64,000 nucleotides of DNA from Deltaproteobacteria bacterium (GTDB taxonomy: Bacteria; Myxococcota; Kuafuiibacteriia; Kuafuiibacteriales; Kuafuiibacteriaceae), in NCBI GenBank assembly GCA_040218735.1, contig JAVJQW010000038.1:128001-192000 (forward strand). Direction: 5' to 3'. The notes under the pieces were generated by a model. It saw nothing but the letters and a program-made list of their open reading frames with translations, made no database searches and was not told where the DNA came from. Of the stretch, positions 58,268-64,000 are shown piece by piece. The translations under genes were made by a program, and so were the position numbers. How positions within the stretch are numbered: the first letter of the stretch is position 1; every line of letters starts with the position of its first letter.

Positions 58268-58548
58268 GACGAGGACGCCTCGATGACGAGGCCCGCGTCG
58301 AGGAGCGAACGCACCAACCGGGTGACATCGTCTCGGACCTGCGTCTCGCCGGCGTCGAACCGTGTGCAGATCGCTGCCACCGCTTCCTGGAGCGGGCGGC
58401 GCGCTTCGAGGACGCGCCAGACTTCGGAGCCTGTCGCGTTGAGCGAGTAGTAGACCTCGGTGTCGAGGTTGAGGATGACGGCCTCGCCGTCGATCTCGGT
58501 GGCGCGGGCGTGGTCGGTCGGGATGAAGGTACGGGCGAAGTCGACCAT
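58264..58548 (-). CDS. PqqD family RiPP recognition element (RRE) 2
   Basis: EIDGEAVILNLDTEVYYSLNATGSEVWRVL...FDAGETQVRDDVTRLVRSLLDAGLV. Confidence 0.93.
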   Translation of the reverse strand: MVDFARTFIPTDHARATEIDGEAVILNLDTEVYYSLNATGSEVWRVLEARRPLQEAVAAICTRFDAGETQVRDDVTRLVRSLLDAGLVIEASSS

Positions 58549-58584
58549 GCGCGTGCCCTAGCACAAAAACACCGACGTGAGGTG

Positions 58585-59805
58585 TCAGGCTGGCCCCAGC
58601 CTTCCGAAGTCGTAGCCCGTCGGCTCCTGGAACATGCGCAGCCCGAACTCCGGGACCGCGGCCATCAAGTGGTCGAAGATGTCGGCCTGGATGGCTTCGT
58701 AGTTCGCCCACGCGATGTCGTTCGAGAAGACGTACAGCTCGATCGGGACACCCTTGGGGCCGGGCTCGAGCTGGCGCACGAGGAACGTCATGTCGTCGTG
58801 CAGCTTCGGGTTCGTCTTCAGGTAGGCGGTGACGTAGGCGCGGAAGGTGCCGACGTTCGTGAGGCGGCGGCCGTTGACCGGGCTGTCCTCGAGCTTCTTG
58901 CCGGCGTTGGCCTCGGCGAGCGCGGACTTCTTCTCTTCGAGGTACGGCTTCAGCACCTCGATCTTCGAGAGGTTCGCGAGCTCCTCGTCGGTGAGGAAGC
59001 GGATGCTCGACGCGTCGAGCGCGATCGCGCGTTTGATGCGGCGCCCGCCGGACTCCGTCATGCCGCGCCAGTTCTTGAACGAGGACTCGATGAACGCCTT
59101 CGTCGGCACGCTGGTGATCGTCTTGTCCCAGTTCTGAATCTTGACGACGTGCAGCGCGATGTCGACGACGTCACCGTCCGTCCCGAACTGCGGCATGCTC
59201 ACCCAGTCGCCGATGCGAATCATGTCGTTGGTCGCGATCTGAATGCTCGCGACGAACGAGAGGATCGTGTCGCGGAAGACCAACAGCAGGATCGCGGTCA
59301 TCGCACCGAGGCCGGACAGCAGGCCCCACGGTGACTGGTTCAGCAGCGTCGCGAAGATGACGATCACGCCGATCAACACCGCGATCAGCTTGATCACCTG
59401 GATGTAGCCCTTGATGGGCAGCTCCTTGGCGCGATCGGTGCGGTTGTAGATCAGGTTGCCCGCGTCGAGCACGCGCCCGAACACCATGATCAAGACGGCG
59501 AGGATGTACGCGAGGAGCAGTCGCTGGACGATGCCCTCGGCCTCTTCGCCGAACGTGTACGCCGCGTAGTACGCGATCAGCGCCGGCGCGATCCAAGCGA
59601 GCGCGTTGAAGACGCCGCGCTCCTCGATGACGTCGTCCCACTCCCACTTCGTGCGTTTGATGATCGCTTGGACGATGCGCAGGACGATGCGCTTCGCGAT
59701 GACGTACGCGATCGTCGCGATGACCACCAACCCGACGAGCGCGGCGATGCGACGCCCGTAGGGGATCTGGTCGAGGTACCCCAGCCACTGCTCGAGATCG
59801 TTCAC
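58585..59805 (-). CDS. ybdG: MscS-family mechanosensitive channel, YbdG-like
   Basis: PIKGYIQ, GLGAMTAILLLVFRDTIL, GDWVSMP, VKIQNWDKTITSVPT, FKNWRGMTESGGRRIKR and YEAIQADIFDHL. Confidence 0.95.
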   Translation of the reverse strand: MNDLEQWLGYLDQIPYGRRIAALVGLVVIATIAYVIAKRIVLRIVQAIIKRTKWEWDDVIEERGVFNALAWIAPALIAYYAAYTFGEEAEGIVQRLLLAYILAVLIMVFGRVLDAGNLIYNRTDRAKELPIKGYIQVIKLIAVLIGVIVIFATLLNQSPWGLLSGLGAMTAILLLVFRDTILSFVASIQIATNDMIRIGDWVSMPQFGTDGDVVDIALHVVKIQNWDKTITSVPTKAFIESSFKNWRGMTESGGRRIKRAIALDASSIRFLTDEELANLSKIEVLKPYLEEKKSALAEANAGKKLEDSPVNGRRLTNVGTFRAYVTAYLKTNPKLHDDMTFLVRQLEPGPKGVPIELYVFSNDIAWANYEAIQADIFDHLMAAVPEFGLRMFQEPTGYDFGRLGPA

Positions 59806-60443
59806 GGCGCCCCCCCGGTCGTGCTCGTCTTCACCGGCGGAGCGTCTGCGTACGCCCAGATCTTCAGGTTGTCCCAGCGGATCCGGTTCTGCCAGTTGGA
59901 CAGCGCGAGGCGGTCGTGGCCCGGACCGGAGAGCGGCTCGGGATCGTTGAAGGTCAGGTACAGCTTCCCGTCGATGTACCAGCGGATGTCGCCGCCCTTC
60001 TTCTCGATGCGCCAGCGGTAGGTCTGGTTACCGGTGACCCGGGTCGGCGAGGTCTCGACGCGGTCCTTGCCGTGTTCGTCGAGGCGCGCGATCGCCGAGA
60101 TCTGGTTGTTCCACCCGCCGAGGATGAACACGTAGCCGGACTGGTGCGTACGCCCGTCGGTCATCAGCTCGATCTTGGAGTCGACGGTGCGGGTCTCGGA
60201 GCGCACATCGACCTCGACGACCACGTCGGCGGGCAGCGCGACCTTCAAGAAACACGGCGCGTTGTTCGCGCCCGTCGAGTAGGCGTACCCGTTCTCGATC
60301 ATCCACTGACCACCCGACGCGTACCAGTCGGGGCCGAGCTCGGCGCGCTCGAAGTCGTCCGAGTAGGGGAGGGAGCCGACCGACTCCGCCTTCTTCTTAC
60401 ACGCGAAGAGGGCGAGCACGGCGACGAGGAGGATCCGACGCAT
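59802..60443 (-). CDS. hypothetical lipoprotein (beta-sandwich/concanavalin-like)
   Basis: ALFAC lipobox; YSDDFERAELG, GYVFILGGWNN and WDNLKIW. Confidence 0.75.
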   Translation of the reverse strand: MRRILLVAVLALFACKKKAESVGSLPYSDDFERAELGPDWYASGGQWMIENGYAYSTGANNAPCFLKVALPADVVVEVDVRSETRTVDSKIELMTDGRTHQSGYVFILGGWNNQISAIARLDEHGKDRVETSPTRVTGNQTYRWRIEKKGGDIRWYIDGKLYLTFNDPEPLSGPGHDRLALSNWQNRIRWDNLKIWAYADAPPVKTSTTGGAP

Positions 60444-60491
60444 GGCTCGGGTCCTATGAAATGCGGGTGGCGCTGTCGAGGGGCGAGGAAA

Positions 60492-61712
60492 CTACGGGCG
60501 GAGCTCGGGACAGAGCAGCCCCTCGGAGGGCGCGCAGCCGGCGCCGATCAGGCAGCCGCCGTCCTGGCAGGTCAGCGTGCAGTCCGCGGCCGTCGAGCAG
60601 GTGCGACCGGAGTTGAGGCACGACCCGCCGTTGCAGAGGCACTCGTTGCCGCGCGAGCACGGGCGGCCGTCCGTGATGCAGAGGTTGTTCTGGCACAGCT
60701 CGATCGGCGCGCACTGGCTGTCGTCCTGACAGGGGGCGCCGCTGCCCGCGCACGAGGCCTGGCAGGGCAGCGCGGTGCAGTCCGCGTCGGTCGCGCACGC
60801 GCGCAGGCCGAAGCCGCCGCACGAGCGCTGACACTGACCCGGGAACCGATCCGGCGAGCACTCTTCGTTGCTCTGACACGTGCACCACCCGCGCGTCGCG
60901 GCCTCGCCGAGGCGGCACTCGCTGCCGGGGTTGCAGTCCGAGCTCTGGGTGCACTCGTTCTGCGTGGGCACGACGATGCGCACGCAGTTGTAGCCGTTCG
61001 GGCAGTTTGCTTCGTCGTTGCACTCCGTGGAGCAGAACGCCGACGCGCCGGTCTCGGGGCGGTTCGGATCGTACTGGTTGTTCGTCAGGCAGAAGCCGTT
61101 CGGGCTCGGGCACTCCGCCGGACCGTTCTCACACGGCTGGCAGTTCTCGTTGCTCGGGAACGGCGCGCACGTGCCGTTGTTGCAGACCTCGCCGTAGTCG
61201 CAGAACGACTTGTCGCCGCACGTCCCGGACAGGCACGCGCCGAGCGCGGAGCCGTCGGTGACCGTGCATGCCGAGTACAGCTGGCAGTCGCCGTGGCCGT
61301 AGCAGCCCGCGACACACGCGCCCGACGCCGGGTCACACACGAAGCCCGGATCGCAGTGCACGAGGCTCCCGCACTTCGTCAGCGCGATGCAGTCTCCGGA
61401 GCCCACGTCGCAGTACGTGTTCGGCTCGTCGCTGCAGTCGGCGGTCGTGCGGCAACCGGAGCGCGCCTGGCAGACGCCCTGCGAGTTGCACTCCTCGCCG
61501 GGGTTGCACGCTTCGTCGCTGCGGCAGATGCAGATGCCGACGGAGTCCGCCGCGCCGGTGATCTTACAGGCGGAGCCCACCGGACAGTCGGCGTCCGCTT
61601 GGCACTCCCCTACGAAGTTTCGTTGCTGGTTGCACGCACCGGCGACCGCCGCCAGCGCGAACGCGAGGACTAGGACCTTGGGCTTCACGTCTTCGACTCT
61701 CTTCTCGATCAC
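60492..61712 (-). CDS. cysteine-rich repeat lipoprotein (paralogue of 38876..40192)
   Basis: VAGAC lipobox. Shares CIC..DEAC...E.CN..GVCQ, PNTYCD..SG.C, FCDYG, FCL.NN and CPNG motifs with the paralogue. Confidence 0.85.
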   Translation of the reverse strand: MIEKRVEDVKPKVLVLAFALAAVAGACNQQRNFVGECQADADCPVGSACKITGAADSVGICICRSDEACNPGEECNSQGVCQARSGCRTTADCSDEPNTYCDVGSGDCIALTKCGSLVHCDPGFVCDPASGACVAGCYGHGDCQLYSACTVTDGSALGACLSGTCGDKSFCDYGEVCNNGTCAPFPSNENCQPCENGPAECPSPNGFCLTNNQYDPNRPETGASAFCSTECNDEANCPNGYNCVRIVVPTQNECTQSSDCNPGSECRLGEAATRGWCTCQSNEECSPDRFPGQCQRSCGGFGLRACATDADCTALPCQASCAGSGAPCQDDSQCAPIELCQNNLCITDGRPCSRGNECLCNGGSCLNSGRTCSTAADCTLTCQDGGCLIGAGCAPSEGLLCPELRP

Positions 61713-63253
61713 TGCAGCGCCGCGTCACACGACAGCGCTTCGTCCCCGGGCGCGATGCGGTAGGAGACCTGGATGTCGGCGTCGGTCGGCGGCACGAACG
61801 TACCGTCGAAGAACACCGCGTTGCCGCCGGCTTCGTAGACCCACCCGGAGGCTCGGTTGTTGGCGATGACCTCGCCGTTGACGCGCACGCAGACCGGCAC
61901 CTCGGGGGTGTCGCAGTTGCCCTCCGCGTCCTCGACGCCGCAGCAAACACCCTTGCTGCAGTCCGGGAACTTCGTGAGCTCGAACTTCCGCGACAGTCCG
62001 GCCGCCTCGAACCCGAGCGCGTTGAGCACGCGACCGTAGTCGGCGTCGCAGATCGAACCGAAGATGCCGTTGCGCTCCAGCAGCTGCAGGAACAGGTCGC
62101 CCTTCAGGTTGCACGCGTTGTTCTCGCAGGTGACGCAGCCGATGTCGTCGCCGCACTTGAAGTTGCCGCAGTCCTGGTCGACCTGGCACTGACCGGACGG
62201 GACACAGACGCCGGGGAGGTTCGGCACCGGCGCCTGGCAGGCCTGGCCGGTCGGGCACGTGAGCCGCGTGCCGTCGCAGACGCGGAACTCGCCGGAGAGG
62301 CCGCGCGAGTACATCGACAGCGCGACGTAGCGCGTCCCCGGGGCGGCGAACTGCGGGGCGGAGCAGCCGCCGGGGTTGGTGCCGGACGCGTCGGTCGACG
62401 GCGGGCCGACGATGCTCGACAGGGACACGAGGCCTTCGTTGCCCGGGCCCTTCAGCGTCTCGAACGTGCGGTAGTAGTAGGTCGGCTCGCCGAACGACTG
62501 GTCCTCCTCGTCGGAGACGAAGATGATGAACAGCGAGGCGTCGGTCCGCAGGAAGCCCTGGTTCCGCGAGGGCATCGCGACGGACATCATCGCGTCGCGG
62601 TCGTAACCCTTGCCGACGGCGATCGACGCCGCGGTGAAGCCGGACTCGCGGCCGCCGCCCGCGGTGCCGACGTCGACGATGCGCGCGAAGGCCGCGGGGG
62701 CGTTCGGCGTCGTCGGCGTGACGAAGGTGATCGCCTGGTTCATGTCGCAGAAGGGGTTCGCGGGGTCGGTGCACTCGGCGTTGGAGCCCTGACAGTAGGT
62801 CGGCGTCTGCGTGGTGGGCGTGGCGCCGCTCGAGGGCACACACACGCCGGCGAGGCGGAGCTGGCCCTTGTCGATCTGCTGGTTGGCCTCGGTGATGTCC
62901 GTCGAGATGACGCCGATGTGATAGTCCGGCGGGTTACACGGCTGACCGGAGCCGCGGCAGGTCCGCGTGTCGAAGTCACACAGGTCGTTGTCGACGCCCG
63001 TCCCCTGGCACAGCGTGAGGCCGGAGATGAAGCGCTCGAAGTTGGTGGCGAGCAGCTGCTGCTCCTCGACCATCGAGTCCGAGTTGTCGACGACCCAGAG
63101 GATGTCGACGAGCGCGGCGGGCTTTTGTTTGAGCTCGTCGATCTGCACCTCCGGCTCGGGGAGCCGGACGAAGACCGGATCGTCCTGGCAGGCGCCGAGG
63201 GCTGCGCCGGTGGCGGCGAAGAGAACGAGAGCGCTGAATCGACGTACCATCAT
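61709..63253 (-). CDS. vWA-domain lipoprotein, CglB-like (myxobacterial)
   Basis: ALGAC lipobox; VDILWVVDNSDSM (MIDAS DxSxS), DYHIGVISTD and FLRTDASLFIIFVSDEED; Cys-rich inserts. Confidence 0.82.
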   Translation of the reverse strand: MMVRRFSALVLFAATGAALGACQDDPVFVRLPEPEVQIDELKQKPAALVDILWVVDNSDSMVEEQQLLATNFERFISGLTLCQGTGVDNDLCDFDTRTCRGSGQPCNPPDYHIGVISTDITEANQQIDKGQLRLAGVCVPSSGATPTTQTPTYCQGSNAECTDPANPFCDMNQAITFVTPTTPNAPAAFARIVDVGTAGGGRESGFTAASIAVGKGYDRDAMMSVAMPSRNQGFLRTDASLFIIFVSDEEDQSFGEPTYYYRTFETLKGPGNEGLVSLSSIVGPPSTDASGTNPGGCSAPQFAAPGTRYVALSMYSRGLSGEFRVCDGTRLTCPTGQACQAPVPNLPGVCVPSGQCQVDQDCGNFKCGDDIGCVTCENNACNLKGDLFLQLLERNGIFGSICDADYGRVLNALGFEAAGLSRKFELTKFPDCSKGVCCGVEDAEGNCDTPEVPVCVRVNGEVIANNRASGWVYEAGGNAVFFDGTFVPPTDADIQVSYRIAPGDEALSCDAALQ

Positions 63254-63408
63254 GGATTCCATACCGTGCAAGCAGGCAGCGTGGCGGATGCGAGGCCCCG
63301 CCGCCATGAATTTCGGGGTTGTTAGTCGTCTGGACCGCCCCTGTCCATCCGCAGCTTGGCCCCTTCTGCCTTGACTGCCATACCCAACACCCCTACCTCC
63401 CTCGGACC

Positions 63409-64000
63409 GTGAGCAACCCCTCCCAGCTCCCCGAGCCCGTACGTTTCGATTCCATGCCGCTGTCCGAGGACGCCGCGGCCGGTCTGAAGGCGCTCGGGTA
63501 CGAGTTCGCCACCCCCGTCCAGGCCGCCGTCTTCGAAAAGGCGATGGCCGGCGGCGACCTGATGGTCCAGTCCAAGACTGGCACCGGAAAGACCACGGCC
63601 TTCGGGCTGCCCGTCATCGAGCGCATCAAGATGGAGGCGGCCTCGGTCGACCCCCAGGCGCTGATCCTCTGCCCCACCCGCGAGCTGGCGATGCAGGTCG
63701 CCGAGGAGCTCGCCGAGCTGGGTGACCCCAAGGGTGTGCGTGTCCTCCCGATCTACGGCGGCGCGCCGATGGGGCCGCAGCTCAAGAGCCTCAAGGCCGG
63801 CTGCGACGTCGTGGTCGGGACGCCGGGTCGTGTGCTCGACCACATTCGGCGCCGCACGCTGCGCCTCGTGCACGCCCACACCGCGGTGCTCGACGAGGCC
63901 GACGAGATGCTGTCGATGGGTTTTTGGGAGGACGTCACCGCGATCCTCGGCCAGCTCCCCGACCAGCGGCAGACGCTTCTGTTCTCCGCGACGCTCCCCG
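63409..64000 (+). CDS. DEAD-box RNA helicase (5' part; runs off window end)
   Basis: Manual translation: Q-motif GYEFATPVQ, SKTGTGKT, PTRELA, GTPGR, VLDEADEMLSMGF and LFSATLP. Confidence 0.95.
   Translation, partial: MSNPSQLPEPVRFDSMPLSEDAAAGLKALGYEFATPVQAAVFEKAMAGGDLMVQSKTGTGKTTAFGLPVIERIKMEAASVDPQALILCPTRELAMQVAEELAELGDPKGVRVLPIYGGAPMGPQLKSLKAGCDVVVGTPGRVLDHIRRRTLRLVHAHTAVLDEADEMLSMGFWEDVTAILGQLPDQRQTLLFSATLP

Noticed and set aside
51398-58548. Calling the cluster a canonical lasso-peptide or PQQ biosynthesis locus
   Set aside because: There is no lasso cyclase and the core lacks Asp/Glu at positions 7-9. There are no pqqA/B/C/E or radical SAM genes, so the PqqD proteins are best read as RREs.
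10-63938. Many long alternative-frame ORFs (e.g. 10..1539 +, 7119..9479 -, 28146..30875 +, 35452..39210 -, 48795..51452 +)
   Set aside because: These are antisense or shifted shadows of real genes, expected in high-GC DNA. They are Arg/Ala/Pro-rich with no motifs.

Overview
High-GC bacterial DNA with clear Myxococcota hallmarks: MYXO-CTERM sorting tails, CglB-like vWA lipoproteins, many Cys-rich lipoproteins and a CHAT/ECF module. The window holds about 58 tightly packed genes. These include housekeeping genes (proB, folK, an M20 deacylase, a PduO-type adenosyltransferase, MscS, a DEAD-box helicase), many secreted peptidases and surface lipoproteins, and an orphan Na+-type MotA/MotB stator pair. 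I saw no rRNA, tRNA, CRISPR array or transposase. The main result is an approximately 7 kb RiPP-like cluster at 51398-58548. It has an HPr-type kinase, two PqqD/RRE proteins, a nucleotidyltransferase, a lasso-B2-type leader peptidase, two glycosyltransferases and an ABC exporter. These surround a 51-aa precursor (55215-55370, absent from the ORF track) with a lasso-type leader and a Ser/Thr/Pro core that cannot form a lasso ring. No lasso cyclase is present, which suggests a linear phospho-/glyco-peptide system. Other notable items are a Bd0055-like bacterial histone with a Lys-rich N-terminal tail (32682-32891), a serine hydrolase split by an inserted repeat domain, a CHAT protease next to an ECF sigma/anti-sigma pair, and a roughly 460-bp inverted hexamer microsatellite in front of a lipoprotein signal peptide. 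All calls come from reading motifs by eye; no database searches were run.
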